From Cycas panzhihuaensis (taxonomy: Eukaryota; Plantae; Cycadophyta), in the NCBI GenBank assembly GCA_023213395.1, contig CM041465.1:47127741-47191740 (forward strand): 64,000 nucleotides of DNA, given 5' to 3'. Below the pieces are notes generated by a model. That model searched no databases, was not told the DNA's origin, and saw nothing but the letters and a program-made list of their open reading frames with translations. Every line of letters begins with the position of its first letter. Position 1 is the stretch's first letter. Shown here piece after piece: positions 41,540-55,980 of this stretch. The position numbers and the translations under genes are program-made.

Positions 41540-44500
41540 TCTAAATTTAATAAATGGAGTATTACTTTCACTTAATAGAATTAGACAATCATGAATAAGT
41601 TTTAGTGGCCACACTACACTCAAATGACATAGCATGTTAATGGTGGAAGAATTTGGAGCATACTAGATATGAATCTTAACCTCCATCATAGGATGTATTT
41701 ATAGTATTATTACTTGAATAATGTAATACAATTATAAAGTGTGAATATGATTGTGAACTATAAAAACTTAGATAGATGGGTTTAGTAAAGGAATATGACA
41801 TGGCCTTTACGAAATTATCCTATGTACTAAAGGACATACCTAAGGATAAGATAATCCAATTATATATCGGTAATTTAACCATAAAGATTCAAGAAGATGT
41901 TTTGATATGGGAATCATCAACCTTAACCAAGGCTATGCAACTGGCTCACATATATGAAGATAAGATTAAATCCTTAATCAAACCTAAGTTTAGGGCTTAT
42001 ATTCCCCCTTTTTATTAAGGAAAACACAATAATACATTCTCAAGAAACATGATTAGGAAAAAGGCTCATAGTTTCTAATAAGTCTTTTAATCTAATTAAT
42101 AAACTTATTAATTTACCTAGGCAGGCAAGACCCACACTATAAAGATCCAAAGTGGAATGTGATAATTTAATAATTATGGGCCTTTATTTCATATACATTG
42201 AAATATAGGCTCTAATGCATATATGTAATTGAAATAAGCTTTTTACTATCAAACTAGAACTGGATGAAGATGATCTATCAAAAAGTAAGGTTAATTCAGA
42301 GTTAGAAATCAATTTTGAAGAAGAATAAATATTAGATTTAACATACTATAGATGTATTTCTCACCCATGATAAAAATTGCTTAATAGGATACCCTTAAAT
42401 TGCGTGGATTTATTAAGGATCAATTAGTTATTTTAGAAAATACAACTGAAGCAAACAAGGTTGATAGTATCTTTCACATTAAGCAGATAACAAGCATAAG
42501 AAGATCGTACAGGACACCATATTCCTATGGGAAACCCTTACGGGTGAAAACCCACAAATGAATAATATTCACATTATGATAAAATAATATATCTTACAAG
42601 GATGGACTTTGATCTATATTTATAGATCTAAAGTGCCAAATATAATTATAATTACATCCATTAGGTCACCACAATTGAGACTATTCCTTGACATAATTAG
42701 GCATAAAAATAGGAGGCCCACTTTACATTAGGTGGTATGGTTTACATATTTTAACATCCCCTCTTAATGTAAATATGGGGCAATAAGGATTATCACTGGG
42801 AATAAATCCACTCTCAAGGATAACCTTACCCAACCCAATATGCATGAATGTCGATGTAGCGATCTTCTCTTGGAGATAACAGTGCCATGCCTCATATGTA
42901 CTCAATTCTTTGGAAGTACTCCAATAGACCTACAACCATACAATTCTCTATGCACCTGACACTTTATACATTTAATTTAGTCATATTATTTTGACTAAAC
43001 CAAGAGGATGAGTCATGTAAGCTATGTGAATCACCTCTTCAAGTCTTCGTTAAGGAACACAAATACGATACGATATCATACCCAACTAATTGAAGATGTT
43101 GAAGTAAGGATCAAACAGACCAAAAAACTAGAGACTGGTGTTAAATGTCTCATCGTAACTTAATCATTCTTATTGCTAAGGATTGCCTATACAACAAGCT
43201 TACCAACTTATAAATCTACTAGGTTCTTTACTTCAATACAACTCTCCATCATGAATCTATACTCACTAGAATGTTGGTATCTATCTCAAGCTTTGACTGG
43301 CATGCTGATCCATGATCTTCCATCATTCTATAAGTCTTCAACTATTAATGGAACATGGGGTTGCAATCTATGTCTCATCATCTAATAGCTCCTTATCATC
43401 AATCTGTCACTAAGTCTTGCCTATGTCTCAAGCATAATGTTAAGCAAACAAACCTCTGTACCTATTGAATAACAACTCAGAAAAGTGAAGCAATGAAGGA
43501 TATAACATATAATGAAATGACACTCAACATGATATATCAATAACTTTATAACATCTAGATTGATCACATGCATTTCCCCTATAGATCACACTATTTATAA
43601 TCTAACCAACTGATAGGCTCCAAACACTTGCAATCCTATCGCTACAATCTTCGTCTAAGATGCGTGCACTCCAATGCACCAAAGGAAACAAATGGAAGGC
43701 TTTTGGCTTGGTCCAAATACAACATATGAGGGGAAATTATGCCACATATAGTCACAACATGGGTACCCATACCTGTCCACTACAGTTTCTGCCAATAAAC
43801 CATAGGACACAAACCACAACATGCACTAACCTCACTATCTGTATCATGATATTATCCTATAATACAACTTGACATGCCAACTATACATACCATGACAAAG
43901 GCATTACTGATTTTAAGGCATCTCATCTTAGACCTTTGCATTCACACTTTAAATTTATCAAACACTATCTCAGTTCCACATCAGACTTATGTAGATATTC
44001 ACCCATGTTGAACCAACATTAATCAAGGCCATAAACCTCATACTAACAGTCTAACTAGTCAATATATAATGGTCCATCACAAACGACAATCATATAAGAA
44101 AATTCTAAACTTCATCATCTCATATACATCTAATGCAATTGAACTTGAATGTAATCATGAATAAACCATACTCATTTTTTTTTCACTAAATCAATCACTT
44201 ATTTCACTAATTTTGTGTAATGATCTATGCCACACTCAAATAATAACAAAGTTTGCATTAAGTTCCAATTAAGGTATCTTATGCTCTTGCCCTTCTTTGC
44301 CTAAACTTGCCCATCATTACCCAATCTAACTCACCCATTATTGCCCTTATACTTGCCAAAACATGCCCTTCTCTCTCCCTTAAAACCTACCCAAACTCTC
44401 ACCTTTTTCTTGCCTAATTTTATCCACAAACTCTTTGACCCATGAAGCGCCTTCATGTAAGGCACATTCTAAGGAGCACTTAATTGCCTCAAATCGCCAT

Positions 44501-46700
44501 CAACACCCAACTTGTTCTCTCATATAAATCACATACTAGAGAACATATAGTTGCCTCTTCACCCATTAAACCCTATCATACAGTTACATGAAACAAGGGA
44601 TATTCACCATTTTACATCACAAAAAGTTATCTCATTCACTATCACCATATATCAACTTGAAGCCAAACCTTTTATGCCACTTTAGTAAGGTATATACATT
44701 TATCAAAATACCAAAATAAGGTTACTAAAAAAGGTATCACTTAATAATAATATATATCATAAGGCAACTCTAAATATATTAAGAGTGACCTTATATTATA
44801 AAACAACTTTAGACAAATCATTAAAATGGATGAAATATATCAAAAAAGGCATCACCTTTAACCAAAGTCAATATGTAAAAAGCGTTGGGTGACTTTACAT
44901 ATCAAAATATATATTAAAATGATGATTTGGAAAATGATAGATTAAATGTCATAAATATTACAGACAATGAGCAAAAAATATGATGTAGATGATCAAATAT
45001 CACGTGGGAGAATTGATGATAATCCACGACTGAAGATTCAAAGCAGAGGCTCATCAAAATGGCAGTTGAAAAGAGGTGAAAGATAATGTGACACAAATCT
45101 ACAATCATGCAAATGACTGGGTGTCTTGAAACAATAATAAATAGGTGATTATGAATATTCATATGCATGCATGCATGCAGGTTATGACTAATAAAAGGAA
45201 TTACCATATTAACATAGATGATAGTTTGCATCTTCATGCGAAAAAGAAATATATACATAGCTGAATATAATGCTAGTTCCATCATGCATAGTGTATAACT
45301 ATCACCACATTAGATATATGGGAAAAGCTAGAATATCATGGTACGTGTTTGTAGTCAAATGCACATAGAGGAAACATCATGTGAACTACAAATATCCAAG
45401 TGCAACTACAACATGATCATGCGAAGGCTAAAAATCTCATAACTAGTGATTATAAAATTCATCATGCATTTATAAATATATGTAGATGTTATAATGTAGA
45501 TGCTAATAATATGGGTGATAGCAGTGTATAAAACGACAATGTATTACATAAAACACCAAGGGCGACAACATAATATATATCTCACAGCTGCATAATCTTT
45601 ATACAAGGCAACATCTTTTGCACCAAATATACAAATAATTTGGCCAGTGGACAGAATATCATCACGCAAGGAAATTATTTACTCGTGTGCAAATATATAT
45701 ATATATATATCATGCGAGAGGAAAATATACTAATCATACCTTTCTTTTATTGATCATAATATTGATTTCATAGCACTACAACGGGCTCACTAGGGTTTCT
45801 GCACTCTCCCACCACCAACAGAGGGCTGCCAATCAACTCTATAGTATGCAAACTCAATGGCAACATCAAATAAGGATCTGACACCTTTAACAGATTCAAA
45901 CGACACTCATATGGCAGTCAACGGAGTCAGAACTCATCTACACACCTCCATATGGCTCAAAGTACGTACAAATAATAGTTAGAAGAATCCTAGGGATTCT
46001 TAGTAATCACCTACACTATTATTGCTATTTTGCAGGGTTATCAGATATGCCAATCTGCTAGGGACAAGCCAACATGACTTGGCACTAACGATTGAACCTT
46101 TGACAACATTCATCTATCTGTGCATGATCTACATGCTCTGATACCATGTTAGAAAATGCAACTGAAGCAAACAAGGTCGACATGATCTTTCACATCAGGC
46201 AGATAACAAGCAGAAGCAGATCACACGGGACACCATATTACCATAGGAAACCCTTACGGGTGAAAATCCATAAATGAATAATATTAATATTATGACAAAA
46301 TGATATATCTTACAAGGATGGACTTTGATCTATATTTATAAATCTAAAGTGCCAAATATAATTATAATTACATCCATTAGGTCACCACAATTGAGGTTAT
46401 TCATCCACATAATTAGGCATAAAAATAAGAGGCCTACTTTACATTAGGTGGTATGGTCATATATTTTAACAAGTTATAATTTTGATTGATTTAGAAAGCA
46501 CTAATAATTTTATGGATAAATATGTAATATAATATTTATAACTCTTTCTAACACTGACTTCAAAGTTCCAAATATAAATGGGAGGAATGTAATTTGTTTC
46601 AGGTAAATGAATATTAGAGATAATCAAACTCAATGTTAAAAACAAAACTATCATCGAAGCTTACTACATAATATGAGTAAACATTTACGATGTAATTTTA
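41540..46700 (+). pseudogene. Gypsy gag-protease remnant split by element G
   Basis: Gag: ATLH...WWKNL and ORF 41776..42018. Protease TLKLRGFIKDQLV (to 42430) continues after G as VIILIDLESTNNFM (decayed LIDSGSTHNF). Confidence 0.78.
42431..46471 (-). mobile_element. Element G: 4.0 kb non-autonomous LTR retrotransposon
   Basis: LTRs 42431-42756 and 46147-46471 (~325 bp, roughly 90% identical by eye). TSD AGTTA at 42426-42430 and 46472-46476. PBS reverse complement GCTCTGATACCA at 46135-46146; PPT reverse complement TCCCCTCTT at 42757-42765. No intact ORF. Confidence 0.93.
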
Positions 46701-46779
46701 CATAGTCAATAGGTAAGGAAAATTGGGACATTTAAAATCAATTTGGAGGAAATATTCATGTGATATAAATAATATAGAA

Positions 46780-49700
46780 GAACCATCATCTTATAAGGGG
46801 AACCACTATCTTTGGGTTGAGGCTATCTAGACTATTGTGTATTGTATCAATACTATTAATTCCCCCAAGCTCATCCCCTTTCCATGTGAAATGTGGTATG
46901 GACAAGCCCCCTCTATCTCCTACTTCAAAATTTTTGACTTTACTTGTTATGCTCACATTCTAGAGGAACATAGAAATAAGCTCTAAGATAGATCCATCAA
47001 AGGTATCTTTGTTGGATACCCTATGGATAAAGGGGTACAAGGCTTTTATACCTTTACAGTATAAAATCATCATCACTAGAGATGTTATCTTTATAGAGAC
47101 TAAAGATCAATTACTCAGACTTGACTCTAAGATGCCTTCATGCTAACTTAATGATGCTACTTAATTTGGTATCCAGATTCTAAAATTTAAGGGGGGAGAT
47201 GCTCAATAGTTGCTCAAAATCTTGGAATCTGATAATAAAGCCCCAGAAGATACAAGTTGTGACTCTTAACCAATGTGTACACATCTAGTACTATCATTTA
47301 CAAACAACCAAGTTGATAAAGGTAAAGTCATAGTAGAAGGATCATCTTCTCCAACATCTGTGGCTGGCCCATCTTCTCCATCATTGTCAACTTCCTCCAT
47401 GCCAAAAATTTTATATGATCCTTTTCAGGATTAAAACGAAGACCAAGAGGCTATAGAAATAAAAACCTCATTCCCAACTCGAGGTTTCCGTGAAGCCTAC
47501 CAGCTACATAAGGATATGCGACCAGATGAGATAGGCAAAACTCACACTAGAAGTGCCCATAGAACAAAGATATATGAATCACTTTCCATTGAGATTGAAC
47601 CAACAAAACTACACCTTGTTCTTAATGAATATCCCTTAATGTACCAAGAAGTTGTAAAGCATATAGCTTGGAGAAATGCCATGAATGAAGAGTACTAATC
47701 TCTTATCAAGAATGGTACATGGGAGCTTATTGGTCTACCACTTGGAAGAAAGGTAGTTCAAAATAAATGGGTATTTAAAAATAAGTACAGATTAGATGGT
47801 ACCCTAGAAAAATAAAAGGCAAGATTGGTAGCAAAAGAATTCACGCAAAGAGAAGGCATCGACTACACTAAAATCTTTACTCCTATAACCAAGTGGCATA
47901 TAATCAGAACTCTTATAGCCTTAGTTGCTTAACAGGGTTGGAAAATCTACCAACTCGATGTTAAGACTACATTTCTCAATGGGGACCTTAAAGAAGAAAT
48001 TTACATGGCTCAGACAGAAGGATATAAGATTGTTGGTCAGGAGCATAAGGTTTGTAAGCTCAAAAAGTCCTTGTATGGCCTAAAGCAAACCCCTTGTGCT
48101 TGGTTTACCAAGTTGTCTAAAAGAATGAGATAACTTGGATATGAGGTTTGTGACTATTAAGATATTGATGCAACATTATTCATTAAGCGCTAAAATGATA
48201 AAGTCATGTACCTCTTAATCTTTGTGGATGATATGCTAATAATGGGGAATAATGAACAGGTAATCAACAAGTTGAAGAAGGACCTTACTAAAACTTTTGA
48301 ATTGTCTAACCTTGGGTTGATGAAATATTACTTGGGAATTAAATTAACTCAAAAGAATAGCAAATTATTTCTCTCCCAAGAAAAATATATCAACAATCTT
48401 CTGACAAAGTTTCATTTGGAAGGTGCTTGACTAGTGGATATACCTATGGAACCTAATATTAAACTCTCAGCTGATGGTAACACTAGGAAGGCAAACACAA
48501 CACTCTACAGGTAACTTGTAGGTAGTCTCATCTATACTACCAACATAGGGCTAGATATTACATACTCTGTAAGTATTCTTATAAGATCCATGGTAAATCC
48601 TAAGCAAAATCAATGGAAAGCTACAATACGAGTGTTGAGGTACCTAAAGATGACTAGCAAATATGATCTATTATATAAACCCAATGTAGAATTTAAACTT
48701 TATGCATACATAGGAAGATCTACATCTGGGTATGTAATATTTTTTTGAACAACACCAATATCATGGAGATCGAGATGGTAGAAGATAGTTGTAAACTCAA
48801 CTGCCAAAGCTGAATATATTGCTATGTTTGAGACAAGCAAGGAGGTGATATGGCTTAGAAAATTATTGAATACATTAAATGCCACCCAAACAAGTTCTAT
48901 TGGCTTATATATAGATAATCAATCTATAATCTAAATGGCTTAGCATCCTATATTTCATGATCGTACCAAACATATAAGTACAAAAGTACATAGGATTAGA
49001 GAACTAGTTCATGATGGTATAATTCAATTGGAGTACCATCCCACAGCAGATCAAGTGGTCAATATCTTCACCATATCACTAAAGAGGGTGAAGTTTGAAT
49101 AACTCCGAAAGTAACTCGGCCTTAGGGCCTCTATCTTCAACTGATTAAAGGAGATGACAATAGGACCATCATACTCTATCTCATTCATAAAAACCCCTTG
49201 TGGGTAAAGAAGGACAAGAGTAAGTCTCTACTCTATCCCATTCATGAAAATCTCTTGTGGGCATGAAAGGATAAGGGTTTTATCATTTTAGAAAATTAGA
49301 ACCTGTGAAAACCTGAAAGGGCATGGGGGATGATCAAATGGTATATGAAGACTCGGTAGATTTCATCTATAAAATTCATTGTACTGATTGGCTATCTAAC
49401 TTTGTTTAAAGAGCCCCCTAAGCTAGGTTAGTATATTAGAAAATTTATGGGTTTTCTTCCCCATGAGGGTTTCTCACAAAAGTGTTATAGTAGTTTGCTT
49501 TGTAAGAGGCTCAAAAGAAGACCTTATAAGATATAATAAAATAGGATGAAATGACCTTCTACCATTAAGGGGGAGCTTGAAAAGGGTTAATATCACAAGG
49601 TCATTACATTAGTTGATTATTTCTAAAAAGGGTCTTAAGTGAACTTTAAATTAGATCACTTAAGTAAAATATACTTTCATGTGCATTATGTGTAATTTTA

Positions 49701-49875
49701 TTTCATCTAACTCTAATGATCCCTCTCTCAATATAAAAGTAAAAGTTCAATGGAGGAGGCTTATTCTTACCTCCCTATTTTCTGAGAGCTACTTTCTTTC
49801 TCTCAAGTCTCTTTTACTCCCATGTTTACCTTTGTGTTTAGTACATAGAGATGAAGGATAGATCCACTCTTTTCA
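46780..49875 (+). mobile_element. Element H: 5'-truncated Ty1/Copia (integrase tail, RT, RNase H, 3' UTR, 3' LTR 49578-49875)
   Basis: LWVEAI, KARLVAKEF, QLDVKTTFLNG, LKKSLYGLKQ, IFVDDML, RSTSGY and HDRTKHI. PPT AAGGGGGAG at 49567-49575. LTR runs TGAAAAGGG...CTCTTTTCA. Confidence 0.88.
49172..49279. repeat. Two-copy ~58-bp tandem repeat in the 3' UTR of H
   Basis: ACTCTATC(T/C)CATTCAT(A/G)AAAA...TTGTGGG...AAGGA at 49172 and 49230. Confidence 0.75.
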
Positions 49876-50142
49876 TATCTTTTGGTGTAACAATAACTTG
49901 TGACAAGTGGTATCAGAGCAATGAGGATTCAAAATTGGTCCTATTAAATACAGTAGCACACCTAGACATACATGAAGGTAGGGGAGTGACTGCCGAGGAA
50001 TATCGTAGTGGGTATACATGTTATATAGGTACAGTCAACTCCTTGTGATAGGGGAGTGTTAGAGCATATGATGCTAACTATCTCGAGGAAGTCCTCTTCC
50101 CAAATCACCCTGGGGCTTTTGGTGTAATGGCAACTAGTGACA
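49876..50142 (+). mobile_element. TRIM-like miniature LTR element (5' LTR tail, PBS, ~150 bp internal region, PPT, 86-bp 3' LTR)
   Basis: CTTTTGGTGTAA...ACT(T/A)GTGACA ends both 49879-49905 and 50116-50142. PBS TGGTATCAGAGC at 49908-49919. PPT GATAGGGGAG at 50047-50056, then TG at 50057. Confidence 0.8.
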
Positions 50143-51623
50143 TAAGTTGCTTATCATTAAGCATACTTTTGGCTATTTCAATAATAGTTTTATTTTTTTA
50201 TTTCAGTAACTCCATTTTATTGTGAAGTATAATGATTGGTGAGATACTTCTTTATACTATGGTAGTTGTAACATGCCTTAAATTTATTTGAAATTAATTC
50301 TCCCTTATCATCTAATCTAAGGGTAAGAATTATAAGGCTACTTTATTTTTTAACTAAGGTTTTGAAGTCAATAAAACATTAAAAGGCATCTGATTTAAAC
50401 TTGATAAAGTATACCTAAGTCTTTCTAGTGAAGTTATCAATGAAATTCATGAAGTATCTTACACCACCTAATGAAGGTATGTCTATAGGTCCACATAAGT
50501 CTATATAAATCAATTGAAGAGGTTTTTAAGCCCTATAACTATTATTTGAAAAATTTTCTCTTTATTGTTTCCTAAGTATGCATCCTTCACAAATTTCTTT
50601 ACCTACTTCTGTAGTGGGTAATCCAACAACCATATTCATCATTTTCATTAATGCTAAGCTGTTATAGTTTACATGGCCAAACATCTTATGCCATGTTTCA
50701 TTATTAATATTGGTGGAGACTTTCAAAGCATAAGTATCTGATAGAGGAATAAATAATTTGAATAATCTATTATTCGTCATTTATCCCTTTTCTACAACTA
50801 CTTTATTCTTTAGCTTATCTTTGATTACACATTCACCATTATCAAACATAAGTTTATAGTGTTGCTCCATCATGTGACCCATCAAGTGAAGGTTCTTCTT
50901 TAGAGCTCAAACATGTAACACATCATTGATACTCCTTATTTCTTCTAATTTTGTAGTTATGGATACATTACCCTTTCCAATAAATGTATGGGTAGTATTA
51001 TCCCCAAACATGATCTTTCCTTTCTTGGACTTATCAATTTCTTTAAAAATTTCTTCTTTGTAAGTCATGTGAGTTGAACATTCTGAGTAGATATACCAAC
51101 TATCTTCTTCCTTACTAGATATAAGACTTGAAAAAATGTGTCTATTATTATCTTTTTTTTTAAATTGTTGTGTTGGTAGTCCCTCTCTAAATACTAGCAT
51201 TTTTGGTAAAGTAATTTTCTTCTAAGTGTCCAATTTTATAGCAAAAATAACATTAGATAGTTCCTCTTCCTCTTTGTCTTTGACTTCTACCTCTTTCAAA
51301 GTGTTTGCCTTAACCTTAGCCTTGGATATTCCTTTATTCTTGTCCTTAATTATTTTGGTTTGGTCCTTAGAAAATTCCTTGAACTTGGAATTTTCTTTAT
51401 CCTTAATAGCTTTGTAAGCCTTACCCTTGGTTTCTTCCTCTTCCTTTAGGGGATTGGTCCCTTCCCCTAGAACTTTATCTTTGAAAATTTTATCTTATTC
51501 TTGCCTTAGTGGAAAAGTTATGCTTAAGTGATTCATTACCCTCTTTCTTTTCTTTAATAGCTAGGAGTATGACACTTAGTTAATCGATTCAAAAAGTACT
51601 AAGGTCTTTGGATATCTTAATGT
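50143..51623 (-). pseudogene. Element I: Copia gag-tail/protease/integrase fragment, related to C and E
   Basis: SWYIYSECSTHMT (ORF 50907..51200), WHKMFGHVN...CEGCILRKQ (ORF 50562..50780) and the integrase core down to AKSMLNDKQL. Confidence 0.85.
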
Positions 51624-54600
51624 TGTGAAAACATCAGGATCTAAATACATGTACCCTAATTCAAGTTTATTGATTAAAATATTGATAAGAATTCAATATA
51701 CAAAGAAAATGAATATAACAAATGAGCATGAAAATATATGGGTGAATTCACCACACCATAGGCTCTCTCTCAGGCAGAGCTTCTGCATTAATCACAATCT
51801 AATATAAAAGTACAAGCATGTAAGGTAATATTTATAGCCTTCTGCCAATACTCTAATGCAATGGGATAGGCCGACTTAATGGCACAAGACATGAACTTTA
51901 CCTCATAATCTAATATGATTTAATTACATAAAAGGGTCCTTTTGTATAATATTCACATTAGAATATAAAGGTTAAAGAAATGAAGGAGATATTAGAAAAT
52001 TTTAACAGTTTTCCTTAATAGCAACTTCATTTCTTTGGATGCTGAGGTTAAATCTAAACTATTTAAACTTTAGTTTACTAAGCACTTAAGTAAAAATGTT
52101 TGGAACCTAATCTTTAGTAGGATGGTAGATGAGTTAACTTCTTTGTTTTGGAGATACTCATAGATGAGGTGATGGTGGACCTTAATGTGCTTGGTTTAAG
52201 CATGTAATACAAGATCCTTTATCATCTTCAACACACTTTGATTGTCATAGTATAGGATGGTTGGTGAAGTCTACTGAAATCCAAGCTTAGCGAGAATCCT
52301 TCTAAGCTAAATCAACTTAGTTGTAGCATGGACAACTACTCTATATTCTGTTTTAGTGGAGGAAAAGGCAACAGTAGGTTGTTTTTTACAACTCCATGAG
52401 ATTATAGATGAGTTTATATTAAAATAATAGCCTAAAGTTGAATGTCGTGTACCATGGTAACCAACCCAATCAACATCTATATGTCCCCTTAGAGTAAGTG
52501 ATTTAATCTTATTGTACTCAAAGTTAAACTGATGAGTGCCATATATATATTTAAGGATCCTAGTGGCTACTTTCCAGTGAGATGTTTTAGGTTGTGACAT
52601 ATACCTGGAGCAGATCCCTACTGCATATAAGATGTCTGAGCAAGTATGAGTGAGATAGATAAGACTCCTAACTAACTGGCAATACAAAGTGGGATAAAAC
52701 TATTTTCCTTGTTCATCTAAGTTTAACTTAGTTCCTGTCTCCATGGAAATTGGTATAGGCTTACATTCTATCATCTTAAATCTTTCTAAGAGTTCATTGG
52801 CATACTTGGTTTAAGTCAGAAGGCTGTGTCCTAGTTCTTACCAAACTTTAATTCCAAAGAAGTAGTGAAGCAGACCAAGGTTAGTCATCTTAAAATTACT
52901 CTTTAATTCTAATTGAAGCCAAGAAATTCCATCTATATCATTGTTAGTGATAGCAAGGTCATTCACATAAAGTACAATGATGGTAATTAAATTGTCTCTA
53001 ACACGAATATAGAGATTAGGGTTAGAGGGTGAACAATTGAATCTATGTTGTATAAGAGATGTATTTATCTTTACATACTAGGCATGTGGTGCCTACTTGA
53101 GTCTATAAAGGGATTTCTTAAGTCTATAAACTAAGTGTTCTTATCCTAGAATAGCATAGCCTGAGGGTTATTTTATAAAAACCTCTTCTTTGAGCTCTCT
53201 ATTAAGGAAAGAACTCTTTACATCCATTTGGTAAATAGGCCATCCAAATTGGGCTACTAAGGACATAACCAAATAGAATACGTTCATGTTGGCTACAAGT
53301 ACAAAGGTCCTATCATAGTTAATTCCTTCCTGCTATTTGAAACCTCTTGTAACAAGACGATCTTTATGCCACTCTATGATATTATCTGCATAGAACTTTA
53401 TCTTGTATAGCCATCTACAGCCAATTACTTTCTTCCTAGGTGGTAATTTAATCAACTCCCAAGTGTTATTTTTTAAGATCGAATTCATCTCTTCATCCAT
53501 AACCACTTTCCACGTTTGGTCTTTTTGACTGCCTCCTCAAATATGGAAGGCTCAAGAGTTTTAAAAACACATGCCATAAGAGCAAAGTTTATGGAGTGTC
53601 TTATCTTAGAAGGCCTCTTTACAACTATGAGAGGAGGAGGAGGAGCATCCTTTAAAATCTGTCATACCCACTTAGGAGATGGCTAAAAGTTAGTGGCTTC
53701 CACTTAAAGGTCATCAATTGAAATGAAAGGTAAATTTGTACTTACTTGAGTGGATGATAAAGAAGCTATTGGAATTGATGATGGACTGGGAGTGAAGGAG
53801 TAAACTAGTACATGTGGCTCTAAAGTTTGTCCAAGGGTCACTTATGTCACACCAACTTCATCTTTTGCTACAATCTAATGCAGAGGAGATGTCAGTACTT
53901 ATGGTTCTTTAGCAAAGATTGTATCCTATGTCATGTAAGTTTGGTTACCAACTATGTCAAATACTTTATAGGCTTTGCAACCAGGTATATAGCTAAGGAA
54001 GATACACTTAAGGATCTTATCATCAAGCTTCTTTATATTATCCTTTGGGACATGTTTATATGCCATGCATATAAAGATCCTCAAGTGAGTTATAGATGGT
54101 TTTTGACCTAACTAAGCTTCTTTGGAAGTAATGTTCCTAGCCACAACTATGGGACTTATGTTAGTTAGGTAAGTAGTGGTGGAAATGACATCAACCCAAA
54201 ATCCAGTGGTAAGGTTAGTATCACTAAGCATGGATTTTCCTTTATTGATTAGAGTTTGATTCATCCTTTCAACTACACCATTTTGCTGAGGTGTGTGAGG
54301 AGTAGAAAATTGATGCTGAATGCCATGCTCTTTGTAAAAAAATATTAAACTAGTTTGAAATATATTTACCACCATTATTAGATCTAAGGGTCTTGATTCT
54401 CATCTTACTTTTATTTTTAGTAGTAGCTTTGAACTTTTTGAATCTCTCTAAGGCTTGATATTTGTTTCTCAAGAAGTAGACCCATACTTTCCTTAAGAAT
54501 TCATCTATGAAGGTGATGAAATATTAGCTACCATTGAGAGATTATATGGACATAGGGCCACAAATATTAGAATGTACTAAATCTAATGGTTGTAAAGCTC

Positions 54601-55773
54601 TCCATGAATTCTTGGAAGGAAAATTTTCTCTTTGTTACTTTTCCTATTGGGATAAACCCCAATATGTTTGAAGAATGGTGTACCTAGGGTCCTTCAAAGC
54701 CACCTTTGAGGCCCCTTAGGGCACCTAGAGCCTACCAATAGCTTCTAAAGGGACCTAGAGTTGATACAATATTATTGAGGTATGTGCAATAATTATTAAT
54801 TATTAGTTTTTTTAATATTATTTGAATATTTTATCGGCTAACATGCAAGTCAAGTTGATGGCACTTGTCGTCTCCCCAAATGCCTATTTAAGGGGTGGAA
54901 ATACCTCCTTGGTGTTTTTTAACATTGCCATCATTGGAAATACCTTGTTAATTCAAAATATACTTAGTGTAATGTCCCACTCTGCTCCTCTAACCTTTTG
55001 ATCCCCCTGGCTCCTATTAAGCCCTAAAAGGGGTTATTTTACTTATGCATTAAAATCTTGAGTTGTAGGAACCCATTTTTGAAATGGTCAAATCTATTGG
55101 ATAGATATTTTATTACTCTTCAATATGATATAATGTTATCTTAATCTGATATTATTTAGTATAGCTTTGAAGTTGATCAACTTGAGCATCTGATTTATCC
55201 CAACAAGCTTGTCCTCTTACAACTAAGTTTTATTTACCTTACTGATTACTCATGATACATGTTTAAAGTTTTTATTTGGCTTTTATATAGTTTCTTCTAA
55301 GCTAATTTACAGTAGAAGATCGATGACATACATCTAAAGTGAGCGATAAGCTAAGTAGTCCTACATATTAAAACAAGTATAATTCTCTGTTTTATAAGTT
55401 TCTTCTTCATATTCTTTTATCTTTCTAAAGAAAAAAATATATATTTCAAAATTCTACCTCATACATCCTCATTATCATCAAAAGGATTAATTATTCATCT
55501 TACATTAAAAATTTTGGTCATTTTCTTACTGAAGCTAGTATTTATTCATTTGAAAAATCAAAATCTTAGATCTTATAAATCTTTTTTTATTTCTTCATCA
55601 TCAATAAGATTTTATTTCAAATTTGCATACTTAAAGATCTTAGTTACTTTGCATGAAATATTCCATTGCAAAGTTTGTATAATCATTCTATTTTCAAAGA
55701 GTATTTAAGATCATCCATTATAAGTTTATTGATTTATTAAGTTTTTTTATTTCTTCTAAAGGTATATGTTTTG

Positions 55774-55980
55774 TTGAAAAGCTCATACACTTGTTGAAAG
55801 CATTCTTCATTCATCATTATTAGAAAGTTCATACACTTGTTGAAAGCATTCTTCATTCATCATTATTGAAAAGTTCATACACTTGTTAAAATCATTCTTT
55901 ATTTATCATTATTAAAAAGTTCATACACTTGTTGAAAGCATTCTTCATTCATCATTATTGAAAAGTTCATACACTTATTG
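55774..55980. repeat. 46-bp tandem repeat, ~4.5 copies, in the leader of E
   Basis: Unit TTGAAAAG(C/T)TCATACACTTGTTGAAAGCATTCTTCATTCATCATTA starts at 55774, 55820, 55866, 55912 and 55958. Confidence 0.95.

Noticed and set aside
49578-49919. H 3' LTR followed by a PBS as a tandem element sharing one LTR
   Set aside because: The H LTR closes at 49875 by its inverted repeat; the following 30 bp and the PBS belong to the TRIM.
55774-55980. Regularly spaced repeats as a CRISPR-like array
   Set aside because: Head-to-tail 46-bp units with no unique spacers, no cas genes, and a eukaryotic TE context.
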